From a virus, in IMG/VR virus record IMGVR_UViG_3300045988_053200, positions 1 through 43,437 of that record: a DNA stretch of 43,437 nt, one strand, 5' to 3'. The position numbers were made by a program, and so were the translations under genes. Positions within the stretch are counted from its first letter, which is position 1. Every line of letters starts with the position of its first letter. Shown here in pieces: positions 26,320-35,096 of this stretch. Below the pieces are notes generated by a model. That model was not told the DNA's origin and searched no databases. It saw nothing but the letters and a program-made list of their open reading frames with translations.

Positions 26320-26691
26320 CTACATGTTCAACTTGTGGTAACTTCTTGATATGTTCCAACATCGCCGTTTTGCTTCCTCGGTTTCGTCGGTTCTATTTAT
26401 TATTAATTTCAATGCCTCTAATAGATAATCACTATTACAACATGCGTTCTCTAAATCTTTTAATTGGTAGAATGGTTCTGTAATTTCATTTGTCGCCTTA
26501 ATTGCATCCTTTATAATCTTTTGCGCTCTTTTATATCTTCTCTTTTCATCTTGCCGGAAACACATGTCTAACAATCTTAACTTACCGTCAGCATCAACAA
26601 CGCATGTATTTGCCATGTCTGCCAATAAATATGCCATATTGGTAAGATGTAACGCTTTTCTTTTTATGTTCTTTACATAATCCATTGTCAT
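26320..26691 (-). CDS. Hypothetical helical protein (123 aa).
   Basis: ATG ORF with an ATGA overlap with the upstream gene. Confidence 0.6.
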   Translation of the reverse strand: MTMDYVKNIKRKALHLTNMAYLLADMANTCVVDADGKLRLLDMCFRQDEKRRYKRAQKIIKDAIKATNEITEPFYQLKDLENACCNSDYLLEALKLIINRTDETEEAKRRCWNISRSYHKLNM

Positions 26692-27650
26692 AACGTTTTA
26701 TCAAATCTATCATAAAAGTGCTGATATTCTCCGATAATCTCCGGTTTTGTATAATTGCAAACCGGGCTTTCCGGTTCATTGTGCGGGTGTTTACGCATGA
26801 ACTCCGGGTTTTTCTCCCTACCCGCAATCTTATTGTAAGCCATTTCCAACAATTCCTTTTGGCTGTAACCAAACAATGCTGCTATATGGAATAACACGGC
26901 GTTAACGTCTGCCAATTCGTCTATTATTTCCGTCTTGTCGTCCGGCATTATTCCGTTTACCAACATATCATCAGCAGCAACAAATAATTCGTGGTATTCC
27001 TCCGTTAACTTTGAAAATCTGCGTTGCATATTCTTTCCGAAAAGACTATTCATTTTGTCAAATAATCTTTTTTCGTCAAAACTCAAAACGGGTGTATTTT
27101 CGTCCTTTTCCTCAAAATTCGCAATAAATGTTTTGTAGTCCATTTTTCCAAACGTTCCGCCGGGAAATCTTACGACAACCCAATTTTCCGGAACATCAAA
27201 CAAAACGCCATGTTCATTTGGGAATGAATATATTGCGACGCCTCCCGGTTTTCTTGGAATCGTCATTGTTCCGCCTCCGGTAAATTCGTTTAATCTCTCC
27301 CAATTTTCACGTGTCACTGGGACGGCACGAACTTCTAACAATCTACGAAAATACAAATATCCAGCGTTCTCGTTTGGCATATTTTCCGCACCTTTTTCGT
27401 ACTCAGCTAAGAATGTTGCACCACGCAAAAATATTTGTTCCCGTATATGTTCAACGGCTCGCACTCTCATTCCATAACGACCAATAACTGCATCAATTGC
27501 AGCTTGTACAATATATTCGTCTTTGTCGTCAACAAACATTTTCATTTCAAACAATTCTGCCTTTTCTGTAATTTCCGGTTCATGCCCGGTAACACTCTTT
27601 ATCATCAGAATTGTTTCCGCATCAAACGGGGTTAATCTGCTTTCTCCCAT
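26688..27650 (-). CDS. Two-domain protein: an unknown N-terminal region (about 200 aa) fused to a MazG-like NTP pyrophosphohydrolase.
   Basis: The C-terminal part LTEEYHELFVA..EIIDELADVNAVLFHIAALFGYSQKELLEMAYNKI matches the MazG/all-alpha NTP-PPase EExxE..D pattern. Confidence 0.65.
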   Translation of the reverse strand: MGESRLTPFDAETILMIKSVTGHEPEITEKAELFEMKMFVDDKDEYIVQAAIDAVIGRYGMRVRAVEHIREQIFLRGATFLAEYEKGAENMPNENAGYLYFRRLLEVRAVPVTRENWERLNEFTGGGTMTIPRKPGGVAIYSFPNEHGVLFDVPENWVVVRFPGGTFGKMDYKTFIANFEEKDENTPVLSFDEKRLFDKMNSLFGKNMQRRFSKLTEEYHELFVAADDMLVNGIMPDDKTEIIDELADVNAVLFHIAALFGYSQKELLEMAYNKIAGREKNPEFMRKHPHNEPESPVCNYTKPEIIGEYQHFYDRFDKTL

Positions 27651-27656
27651 ACCAAA

Positions 27657-27929
27657 TTAATAAACGGTTAATAATAAAACAATCAGTCCTCCGGAAATTG
27701 TGGCGTACAAATCTTTTTTATCAAATACGCCTCCGTGTTTTTTGTTGTAAACCTCACGCAATACCCCGGTTAAAATTACTGCTATCAATGCGATAATACG
27801 TGCAATCATTCCCGGAATCCCGATAAATGAAACCAAACGCAAAACCAACATTACAACAATCATTCCCGCTATAATATGCAATAATTTATCGTGCGGGATT
27901 GATACTATTAATTGAAATATCTTTTTCAT
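27657..27929 (-). CDS. Small integral membrane protein (90 aa).
   Basis: Three hydrophobic helices. ATG ORF. Confidence 0.55.
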   Translation of the reverse strand: MKKIFQLIVSIPHDKLLHIIAGMIVVMLVLRLVSFIGIPGMIARIIALIAVILTGVLREVYNKKHGGVFDKKDLYATISGGLIVLLLTVY

Positions 27930-28215
27930 CGCTCTTTTCTTTTATGTCATACAATTTTCTGAAATATATTACTTTGTTATCGCTCCGGCTTGTTCTGTGG
28001 CATTTAATCCCAACCGCCGGGCAATCGTCTTTATGGATAACGCAACAACCGCATCTATATAAACACATACCAAAGTTTTTTGCATACTTTTCAACAATTC
28101 TTTTTGACGGGTTAACCCATCTTTCGGCAACTACAACCGAACCACGATAAACTGCACGTTCGCCGGGGTTGTATTGCTTTTCCGGGTCAAACGGTTGTGG
28201 TTTCTTGGCTCTCAT
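27886..28215 (-). CDS. Cys-rich hypothetical protein.
   Basis: The CLYRCGCCVIHKDDCPAVGIKCH cluster. The start was moved to ATG 28215. Confidence 0.5.
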   Translation of the reverse strand: MRAKKPQPFDPEKQYNPGERAVYRGSVVVAERWVNPSKRIVEKYAKNFGMCLYRCGCCVIHKDDCPAVGIKCHRTSRSDNKVIYFRKLYDIKEKSDEKDISINSINPAR

Positions 28216-28399
28216 TATCAAAAGGGATTTTCACGTTGTCAAATAGTGTTTTCAGATTTTCGACTGTTCCTGCAACTGATATTCTTGCATTGCCTCCACC
28301 GACCAACCCTAAATCTATAATACGACAATCGTAATTACCCGCTTCTGTCTGTAACTTTGCCGCCTCATTATACGGCAATATTTTTGTAACGTCTTTCAT
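28187..28399 (-). CDS. Hypothetical protein (70 aa).
   Basis: ATG ORF preceded by a TAACTTTG box. Confidence 0.55.
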   Translation of the reverse strand: MKDVTKILPYNEAAKLQTEAGNYDCRIIDLGLVGGGNARISVAGTVENLKTLFDNVKIPFDNESQETTTV

Positions 28400-28425
28400 C
28401 GTTCACATTTTAATGTACTACCGTA

Positions 28426-28433
28426 CAAAGTTA
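28426..28433 (-). promoter_or_regulatory. -7-type box TAACTTTG upstream of ORF 28187-28399.
   Basis: + strand caaagtta, the same octamer as at 21494-21501. No well-spaced -33 was seen. Confidence 0.3.
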
Positions 28434-28634
28434 ATATTTTCTTTTGGTTATCCATATAAAACGCACACCAAAAGCGTAACATAAAAAAATCATTTCTAAA
28501 TCAACGTATCTGTCATAACCTTTTACTGCATCCAACGCCAACGTTGGCAACAGCACGAAATGTTTGTATTTCCATGCTGTACGCATACATAGGAAAATTC
28601 CTATTCTTCCAAATTTCAATCCGATACTTTTCAT
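28431..28634 (-). CDS. Hypothetical small hydrophobic protein (67 aa).
   Basis: ATG ORF with an ATGA overlap with the ASCH gene. Confidence 0.45.
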   Translation of the reverse strand: MKSIGLKFGRIGIFLCMRTAWKYKHFVLLPTLALDAVKGYDRYVDLEMIFLCYAFGVRFIWITKRKY

Positions 28635-29140
28635 TTCTCAATTTGTTTTTGAATTTTTTCCCAACTCTTTTTGTCAATTACCATTTTCCGGGGGTATTGT
28701 ATTATCTCGCCCTTGGTATATACCAAATTGTAAATACCTAATTGCCCTTTAATTGGCATTTCAACAACACGTCTTGGGTTACGCATCATCCATCCGTAAC
28801 CCTTTGTTATTTTAACCCTCTTTTCCTTTGGAATCCGGGTGTTTTCCCAATCCTCCGGCGTAAACTCTTTTATCGGCTTCACGTCGTACAACTCAACCAA
28901 TCCCAAAGTGACGCCGCTTTCCATTCCCGGATAAACCGGGGATGCTGCGGAACATATCAGCACGTCGCCACGGTATGACGTGTTTTTGCTCCGAACTTCA
29001 ATTGTCTTTTCCCCGTAAACAATACCGTTCTCGTCCTTGTACGCCTCCGTTACCAAATCATTTGCGTATGGCTGTTTTACGGTCAACGCACGCCAACGGT
29101 CGTGCTTTTCCGGGTTGTAATCCTTATTGCTGTACTGCAT
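28631..29140 (-). CDS. ASCH (PUA-like) domain protein.
   Basis: ALTVKQPYANDLV..KTIEVRSKNTSYRGDVLICSA fits the ASCH pattern. The start is uncertain: ATG 29140 was chosen, ATG 29179 is also possible, and the track start is TTG 29281. Confidence 0.6.
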   Translation of the reverse strand: MQYSNKDYNPEKHDRWRALTVKQPYANDLVTEAYKDENGIVYGEKTIEVRSKNTSYRGDVLICSAASPVYPGMESGVTLGLVELYDVKPIKEFTPEDWENTRIPKEKRVKITKGYGWMMRNPRRVVEMPIKGQLGIYNLVYTKGEIIQYPRKMVIDKKSWEKIQKQIEK

Positions 29141-29329
29141 ATCATTTCGCTTTTTTGTTATTCCCGGCGGGCTGGTCATATACTGCAAAACCAATCGGTC
29201 GTCTTGGCTACGGTTCCGGTTGTTTCGGCGGGATAAACTCACAAACCGCAATAACCTTATTTCCTTTTGTCCGGGTGCCAATCAGACGGGAACCCGCTGG
29301 GATTTTTATTTCAATCTCAAATCTCATTT

Positions 29330-29743
29330 TCAAAATGGCAAATCATCATCCGGATTTGGCGTTGGTGGCGTTGGTGCTGCTCCATGCTGTCCTCCGTTCT
29401 GTCCGTCTTTCTTTGGCGTCAACATTTCCATATCATACCCGTAAACCTCGGTAATAAAATGTTTAACGCCGTTGTTGTCCTCATAACTGCGGGTTCTCAA
29501 TTCCCCCTCAATGTATAATTTATCGCCCTTTTTAACGTACTGCCCGGCAATCTTTGCCAAACCATTTGACAATACAATGTTGTGCCACTCTGTACGTTCC
29601 GGAATCTCTCTGCCGTCTTTTGTCGTGAATCCTCTTTTGGTTGTTGCCAACGGAAATTGTGCGACAACTCCGCCATTATCAAACGTTTTAACATCGGGGT
29701 CTTTTCCGGTATGCCCCATTAAAATAACCTTGTTTACACTCAT
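29330..29743 (-). CDS. ssb: Single-stranded DNA-binding protein.
   Basis: OB-fold SSB pattern MSVNKVILMGHTGKDPDV..TEWHNIVL..LYIEGELRTRSYED, a Gly/Pro-rich linker and the acidic tail DDDLPF. Confidence 0.9.
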   Translation of the reverse strand: MSVNKVILMGHTGKDPDVKTFDNGGVVAQFPLATTKRGFTTKDGREIPERTEWHNIVLSNGLAKIAGQYVKKGDKLYIEGELRTRSYEDNNGVKHFITEVYGYDMEMLTPKKDGQNGGQHGAAPTPPTPNPDDDLPF

Positions 29744-29865
29744 ACAAAGAACGTTTTAATTATCCAAACAATGATACTATACAACGCCCACATATAAGAC
29801 GCAACCGTTAACGTCACGAACGTGTATAACGCAATTTTATATCCGGTTTCTGATTTTATTTTCAT
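29740..29865 (-). CDS. 41-aa hydrophobic micro-protein, below the ORF-track size cut-off.
   Basis: Hand translation: MKIKSETGYKIALYTFVTLTVASYMWALYSIIVWIIKTFFV. It starts 1 nt after the upstream stop, and its TGA overlaps the ssb ATG (ATGA). Confidence 0.4.
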   Translation of the reverse strand: MKIKSETGYKIALYTFVTLTVASYMWALYSIIVWIIKTFFV

Positions 29866-29866
29866 G

Positions 29867-30214
29867 TCACTTGAATTTTACGCAATCCAACAAATATTGT
29901 TTCTTATTGTCCGACCATCCGGCGGCATGGTTTATCGCTTTTCGGTCATCGTCGTGTACGAACTCACAAACCCAACCGCCGACGCTTGATTTTTGAACCA
30001 ATCGAACCAATTTACCAACAATGAAAGAACGCAATTTGTAATAACTTGAATTTTCGCCAACAAACAAAACCCGTCTTTCTGCATTTATTTCGGGTGAATT
30101 TTCGATTTGCGGGCGTTTCTCCCTTTCCGGGTATGTTTGTACCCGTCTGAAATCATTTTTGATTGAACGGCGTGAAATTGCCCCATAATCGGGTGCCCTT
30201 TGTTTTGTTCTCAT
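29867..30214 (-). CDS. Hypothetical basic protein (115 aa).
   Basis: The start was moved to ATG 30214, which gives an ATGA overlap with the upstream stop. No motif recognised. Confidence 0.5.
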   Translation of the reverse strand: MRTKQRAPDYGAISRRSIKNDFRRVQTYPEREKRPQIENSPEINAERRVLFVGENSSYYKLRSFIVGKLVRLVQKSSVGGWVCEFVHDDDRKAINHAAGWSDNKKQYLLDCVKFK

Positions 30215-30657
30215 AATTTCAAATCTTGATATTCTTTTTTTAATAATTCGATAATCCGTACATTTCCGGGATAAATACGCATATTGCGACGGTCGCCATT
30301 CTCCCAACGATTGTGCATTTCAAAGCACAAAATATTAATATTTCGGGGGTCGTGTGCCATTTCCGGATATGCACCACGTGTTAATATATGCGAGCAATAC
30401 ACGGCAGAATAATTATGTAACGGGCGCAACGTTTCCTCGCATCTGTGCGGCTTATGCTCCCAAACCCACCGAAAAAACCGTTGGTTGGCAACGGGAATGT
30501 CGCCACGTCCTAAAACGCAATGCCCGAACAATTCCCGTTGTAACTCAACACGCAACCGTATATCTAACCGAAAATTACGAATATCCAATAACGGCTCGTA
30601 ACCACGTGCAACGCAATATTCATATTCGCAACGCTCAGTCAACAATATTGGCTCCAT
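30211..30657 (-). CDS. HNH / NinG(Rap)-like endonuclease candidate.
   Basis: CSHILTRGAYPEMAHDPRNINILCFEMHNRWENG resembles the His-Me finger / NinG pattern. Not verified. Confidence 0.4.
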   Translation of the reverse strand: MEPILLTERCEYEYCVARGYEPLLDIRNFRLDIRLRVELQRELFGHCVLGRGDIPVANQRFFRWVWEHKPHRCEETLRPLHNYSAVYCSHILTRGAYPEMAHDPRNINILCFEMHNRWENGDRRNMRIYPGNVRIIELLKKEYQDLKL

Positions 30658-31325
30658 TACATATTGTATGTATCGCCCGCCGGGTCTGCCATTTCCGGGA
30701 ACATATCATTTTCGTTGTCTGCATCATTTACGTAAACTAACGGGTTGGGTTCCCCATCAGCCCCGAACAAATCCGTTTGCGCCTTTTTGCCCTCAAACAG
30801 AAATTCGTAAACCTCGTTTTCAATATCGCAAACAATGTTTTCCAATTCTTCCTCAAAACCAAACGTTACAACGTTGTATTTCATTCGTGGGGTGTTGATT
30901 GCTGTTTTCTGATTGTTTGATACGGTAAACAATCCGGTTAAAACAACGCCTACGTTATCATCTTGCCCGGACAAAGAAACGCCCCTAACCTCTATATTGC
31001 CCAAACATTCCTCCGCAAATGCGGCTGCAATTTCTGTTTGTTTCTTGGTCGCTTTGAAATCCGGGGTTGCAATCATGGTTTTGAACGACGTAATATTAAA
31101 CACACGTCCCATAATCGGGCAAAGGTCTTTGAACAATTTTCGCAAATCCGGGTGTATGTCCTTTGCGCTCAATACGTGATACTTGTTTGTGTAACTCTCG
31201 TTTCCGACAACTTCCGTTACCTCATAATGTACGTCTAATCCGCCATCTTTCAACAATTTCACTTTTGAAAGTGAAAACTTTTCTTTCGTCGGAATTGGCA
31301 TAACGGTTTGTTTCTTTTCGCTCAT
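30657..31325 (-). CDS. Hypothetical protein with a strongly acidic C-terminal tail (222 aa).
   Basis: ATG ORF. The tail is DLFGADGEPNPLVYVNDADNENDMFPEMADPAGDTYNM. Confidence 0.6.
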   Translation of the reverse strand: MSEKKQTVMPIPTKEKFSLSKVKLLKDGGLDVHYEVTEVVGNESYTNKYHVLSAKDIHPDLRKLFKDLCPIMGRVFNITSFKTMIATPDFKATKKQTEIAAAFAEECLGNIEVRGVSLSGQDDNVGVVLTGLFTVSNNQKTAINTPRMKYNVVTFGFEEELENIVCDIENEVYEFLFEGKKAQTDLFGADGEPNPLVYVNDADNENDMFPEMADPAGDTYNM

Positions 31326-31330
31326 AATTT

Positions 31331-31468
31331 TTAATCTTTATTGTTTCCCGGTTCCTCCGGGTTGGTTTCTTCTTGGAAATACTCGCACGGTTCATCATCA
31401 GCGCAACGACCGGATAAACAACATACCGGATAATCCACGCAATCAATGCACATTTTTTTTTCGTTCAT
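31331..31468 (-). CDS. 45-aa Cys-rich micro-protein, below the ORF-track size cut-off.
   Basis: Hand translation: MNEKKMCIDCVDYPVCCLSGRCADDEPCEYFQEETNPEEPGNNKD. It fills the gap between two genes without overlapping either, and I prefer it to the overlapping track ORF 31222-31446. Confidence 0.4.
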   Translation of the reverse strand: MNEKKMCIDCVDYPVCCLSGRCADDEPCEYFQEETNPEEPGNNKD

Positions 31469-31471
31469 AAT

Positions 31472-32284
31472 TTAAAAGTCTGTTTCATTTAACAATTTTG
31501 CAACATTGTTTTCCAACTCTGCATCCGGTGCCAATCTCGGTTTCGGGTCGTGAACTAAAACTTCCCTTTTTACCTTTTTGGTTTTTCGGGGTTCCGGTTC
31601 CGGGTTAAACTTCAATTGTTCTGCCGGATATTCTTTTGGTTTTAGTTCAATAATGCCATTTTCAACCAATACCGGAATACATCTTTTGCACGCTCTTACG
31701 TCCTCCAACGCATCATGTGCCGGGAATGTTTCTCCGGGGAAACACTTGTTGTAAAGTTCCTCCAATTTCGGATATTTGCCCGGACGTCCGTTTGCATACA
31801 ATGCGCCAACAAATTTAATTGTTTTCATCATCGTATCAATTCGTTTGCCCTTAAACAATGCATCCTCCGCTTTTGCGTCGTAATATTCACGACCCATAAT
31901 GCGCAATATCATTGCTTTTACAATTGACGTATCAAAGTAAATGTTATGTCCGACCAACAAACGGGCTTTTTCGCAATCCTCCAAAAATTCGTCTATAATA
32001 TCAGCAAATGCGGCGCCCTCGGCGTTTGCTCTCTCTGCTGTAATTCCGTGTACCTCAATTGAGGCTTCCGGAATTTCCCACCCCTCCGGCTTTATGATAT
32101 ATGAACGTTCCTTTTCGTTTACCGACCATGCCAATTGCACAATATTTGGGAACTCTGCAAAATCAACGTCCCATTTTGCGCCCTTGGCTGGCAATCCGGT
32201 TGTTTCGCAATCAAACGTCAAAACATCTTTCAAAATGTCGTTTATCTCATTTCCTTTGCTGTCTTTCAATGTTACTTTTTTCAT
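31472..32284 (-). CDS. DnaQ-like 3'-5' exonuclease (DEDDh).
   Basis: Exo I FDCETTGL, Exo II VGHNIYFD and Exo III HDALEDV. Confidence 0.85.
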   Translation of the reverse strand: MKKVTLKDSKGNEINDILKDVLTFDCETTGLPAKGAKWDVDFAEFPNIVQLAWSVNEKERSYIIKPEGWEIPEASIEVHGITAERANAEGAAFADIIDEFLEDCEKARLLVGHNIYFDTSIVKAMILRIMGREYYDAKAEDALFKGKRIDTMMKTIKFVGALYANGRPGKYPKLEELYNKCFPGETFPAHDALEDVRACKRCIPVLVENGIIELKPKEYPAEQLKFNPEPEPRKTKKVKREVLVHDPKPRLAPDAELENNVAKLLNETDF

Positions 32285-32285
32285 A

Positions 32286-32495
32286 TTACTTTCTAATTTT
32301 ATTTTTATTCTTTACTTCTTTTTTGTGTTGGTTATATCCGGCTTTGTACGCCTTCAAAAATATATAATCGCACGCATCAATAATTGTTTCATTTCTCCGG
32401 CATAATTCATATATCGGACACTTAACGCAATAGGTGCGTCCGCTTGCCTCTCTTGCTTTCTTTTCTAACGGGCTTAATTCTGAATAATGTCTCAT
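32286..32495 (-). CDS. Hypothetical small Cys-containing protein (69 aa).
   Basis: ATG ORF tightly packed between its neighbours. Confidence 0.55.
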   Translation of the reverse strand: MRHYSELSPLEKKAREASGRTYCVKCPIYELCRRNETIIDACDYIFLKAYKAGYNQHKKEVKNKNKIRK

Positions 32496-32496
32496 A

Positions 32497-32898
32497 TTAG
32501 ATGCTTCTTGGGTCGTCTATAAACGTGTTATATTCCTCTGCGGCAATCTGTTTCAAATGCTCAATATGTTCTATTAATTCCGCATTGCTCAACTCTGCAA
32601 TTGTCCGCAACCGGGTTTCATATTTCCCGGTGTTAATATCCGGCGTCTGCTCATACATAACCGGGGATAATTCACGCAATCGACGTTCTGTTTGTTCCTC
32701 TGTCAGACGCTCGCCCGCCTCCCAAATTCCGGTTCTGAAAGTTGGTACAACGTAATTGAAATAATACCCTTTCAAAGCCTCTGACGAACCGGGCGACGCT
32801 ACAATAAAACGGGCGATTATGCGGCTACCTTTGTGCATTGCAAAGAATTGATTTAATTCCCCCATGTACATTTGTAAACCGCCGTTATTATTAATCAT
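32497..32898 (-). CDS. Hypothetical protein (133 aa).
   Basis: The start was moved to ATG 32898 (MINNNGGLQMYMGEL), an 8-nt overlap with the upstream gene. No motif recognised. Confidence 0.55.
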   Translation of the reverse strand: MINNNGGLQMYMGELNQFFAMHKGSRIIARFIVASPGSSEALKGYYFNYVVPTFRTGIWEAGERLTEEQTERRLRELSPVMYEQTPDINTGKYETRLRTIAELSNAELIEHIEHLKQIAAEEYNTFIDDPRSI

Positions 32899-33250
32899 TC
32901 CCGTTGCCGTTATCTCTCTTTTCCTCATTATCTTCCTTTCCTTGGTCAACCAATTGTTTTATTGTAATATTAAACGCTTCGCCGCCAACCTGCAATATAA
33001 ATTGTCGCTCGCTACTTGAATATCCCTGCAACTTCTTATCCATTGCATTTGCATACAATACCGTCATTTGTCCCGGTTCAAAAACTCCCCGTTCCTGCAA
33101 ACGGTCTATCGGGTGCCGCTTCAATGGTGCGTCCGCCATCATTCCGGCTTTTCTGCGAATGTTTTCCAAATCGGAAATAACCACTTTCAGATTATTATAA
33201 AAAGCGGGTGTTTTCAACACGTCTGCAATTGTCATTTCTTTAACTTCCAT
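32891..33250 (-). CDS. Hypothetical protein (119 aa).
   Basis: ATG ORF preceded by a GC stem-loop and an A-rich leader. Confidence 0.6.
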   Translation of the reverse strand: MEVKEMTIADVLKTPAFYNNLKVVISDLENIRRKAGMMADAPLKRHPIDRLQERGVFEPGQMTVLYANAMDKKLQGYSSSERQFILQVGGEAFNITIKQLVDQGKEDNEEKRDNGNGND

Positions 33251-33264
33251 GTTGTTTTGTTTAA

Positions 33265-33288
33265 GGGACGCCGGAGAACCGACGCCCC
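33265..33288 (-). promoter_or_regulatory. 10-bp GC stem-loop 14 nt upstream of ATG 33250, with no U tract.
   Basis: - strand GGGGCGTCGG-TTCT-CCGGCGTCCC (two G:U pairs) followed by TTAAACAAAACAAC-ATG. Confidence 0.55.
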
Positions 33289-33294
33289 TGTTAA

Positions 33295-34653
33295 TTATTC
33301 GCTTTCTGTGTATTCCTCAATAATCAAATCGTCCTGTCCTCTTTTAACTTCCTCAATGAATCCCTGGAACCCGTTTTTCTTTGCAATATCAATAATTGCT
33401 TGCAATCTCTTTTCGCCCAAACTTTCGCCCCTCGCAATGCGGAATACTTTCACGGTTGGGTTACTTGCAATAATCAGTTTTGCGGCAACCTCCATTATTT
33501 GCGAATCTGAAACCTTTCCGGCGACAAATGGGACGTCATTCAATACCAACCCATCATCACTAAACGAAAGCCCGGAAATTGGCAATTTTGACGTCGCAAT
33601 TAGCTTTTCACGCTCTGCCGACAACTTGGCAATATCGGAATCCATCTTTTCGGCTTCCGCCTTTTTATCGTCTGCCTGCTTTTTCTTTGCAACATAATCG
33701 GCAACCTTTGCAGCCATTTTGTTGTGTTCCTCTGCCTTTCTCAACTGCTCTGCCGTATCTAACTTTTCCGGGTTGTTTTCCTCATACTTAGCCAACCAAT
33801 TTTCGGCATTTGCTTTGCGTTTTTCAAAATCCGCTTTCTCTGCCTCTATTTGCGAAACTGTTTCTTTGTATGTATTTTCCGCCATTTCCATTGCTTTTTT
33901 TGCCGCCTCAATTGCTTTGTCGTATGAATCTTTTGCGGCTTCTAAACGTGCCGGAATTTCTGCCAACTGTTGTGTTCTCTGCGCCAATGCCGAACGTACC
34001 GTTTTTGCCTTTTCAATCAATCGTGCGTTCTGCTGTTGCTCTTTCATCATTTCGGTAATATCCTTTGGCTTTGCATAGGTTTTCAAATCCTGCGTTGTCA
34101 ATCCCTGCCCGGCTGCGTCTGATATGGATTTGTACGTTTTCAAATCCCGGTTCACTCCGGTACGCTCTGTTTTCAACCCGGCAACCTCTATATCAATTTC
34201 GGCAATTCTTTTGCGTACATTTTCCGGCAACAACGCCTTGACAACTTCAATTTGTTTGCGGCGTCCCTCGGCGGTTTCCGACCAACGGGAAAATTCCACG
34301 GCGTCAAAATCTGTATAACCGAAAATCTTTTGCAACATTGAAACGTTATCGCTTTTCATTCCGGTTGTCTTTGATTTAATGGATAACGTGCCACGTGGGT
34401 TTGCTTTCGTGAATTTCAATTCAACCTCGTATTCCTCGCCGTCGTCGCCGACAATCATTTTTGCAAAACCTTTGCTTTCTCCATTCTTCAATACGGCGTC
34501 ACGATTCCCGGTCAACAAAGCACCAATTGCTTTTAATACGGTTGATTTTCCCAACTCATTATCCCCGGTAATGAAATAAACGTTACCGTCAAAATCTGCG
34601 TTAAACTCTTTAATTACTTGGAAATTTACCAATTCTAATTTCTTTACTATCAT
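33295..34653 (-). CDS. SMC/Rad50/SbcC-like ATPase (452 aa).
   Basis: N-terminal LELVNFQVIKEF..ITGDNELGKST Walker A, a coiled-coil middle of about 200 aa, and a C-terminal lobe (SDSQIMEVAAKLIIA..ARGESLGEKRLQ..FQGFIEEV). Confidence 0.7.
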   Translation of the reverse strand: MIVKKLELVNFQVIKEFNADFDGNVYFITGDNELGKSTVLKAIGALLTGNRDAVLKNGESKGFAKMIVGDDGEEYEVELKFTKANPRGTLSIKSKTTGMKSDNVSMLQKIFGYTDFDAVEFSRWSETAEGRRKQIEVVKALLPENVRKRIAEIDIEVAGLKTERTGVNRDLKTYKSISDAAGQGLTTQDLKTYAKPKDITEMMKEQQQNARLIEKAKTVRSALAQRTQQLAEIPARLEAAKDSYDKAIEAAKKAMEMAENTYKETVSQIEAEKADFEKRKANAENWLAKYEENNPEKLDTAEQLRKAEEHNKMAAKVADYVAKKKQADDKKAEAEKMDSDIAKLSAEREKLIATSKLPISGLSFSDDGLVLNDVPFVAGKVSDSQIMEVAAKLIIASNPTVKVFRIARGESLGEKRLQAIIDIAKKNGFQGFIEEVKRGQDDLIIEEYTESE

Positions 34654-34665
34654 AATGCTCTCGGT

Positions 34666-34875
34666 TTATGCCGTGGTTGCCCCCGGCGGGTTAATATTAT
34701 TTTTTTCTCTTATTCTTTGGTGTATCATGCTTTGCACCTTGTTAAGCGCATCCCGGTTGGCGTCAACCTCCGACCGGGTGCAATCGGCAATAAAATTTTC
34801 CAAACGCTTATACAGGTCGTCCAACTCTTTTGCCGTCATTGCATGGCGAACGGCTCCCAATTCATCCGTTACCAT
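34666..34875 (-). CDS. Hypothetical protein (69 aa).
   Basis: ATG ORF in the operon. Confidence 0.55.
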   Translation of the reverse strand: MVTDELGAVRHAMTAKELDDLYKRLENFIADCTRSEVDANRDALNKVQSMIHQRIREKNNINPPGATTA

Positions 34876-35078
34876 ATCGTTACGTCTTTATGCGAAATAT
34901 CCATTTTCCAACACGCTATAAAAACATTATTTATATTTTCATTGGCGTATAATATCGCACAATCTTTGGTTCGTACCAACTGAAAATAAAACGACTGTTT
35001 ACCGTATGCGTCGATTGGGTAAACGTACTCAATGAAATAAGCCGTTTTTGTCTGTTTTGCTGTTTCTAATGTATCCAT
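34869..35078 (-). CDS. Hypothetical protein (69 aa), the first gene after promoter B.
   Basis: The start was moved to ATG 35078 (MDTLETAKQ). The track extension translates the promoter and stem-loop. Confidence 0.55.
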   Translation of the reverse strand: MDTLETAKQTKTAYFIEYVYPIDAYGKQSFYFQLVRTKDCAILYANENINNVFIACWKMDISHKDVTIW

Positions 35079-35096
35079 ACTCTCAGTTTTTATTTT

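Noticed and set aside
31222-31446. The track ORF of 74 aa overlapping the start of gene 30657-31325 by about 100 nt.
   Set aside because: It has a basic low-complexity sequence and a heavy overlap. The non-overlapping 45-aa Cys-rich ORF at 31331-31468 explains the gap better.
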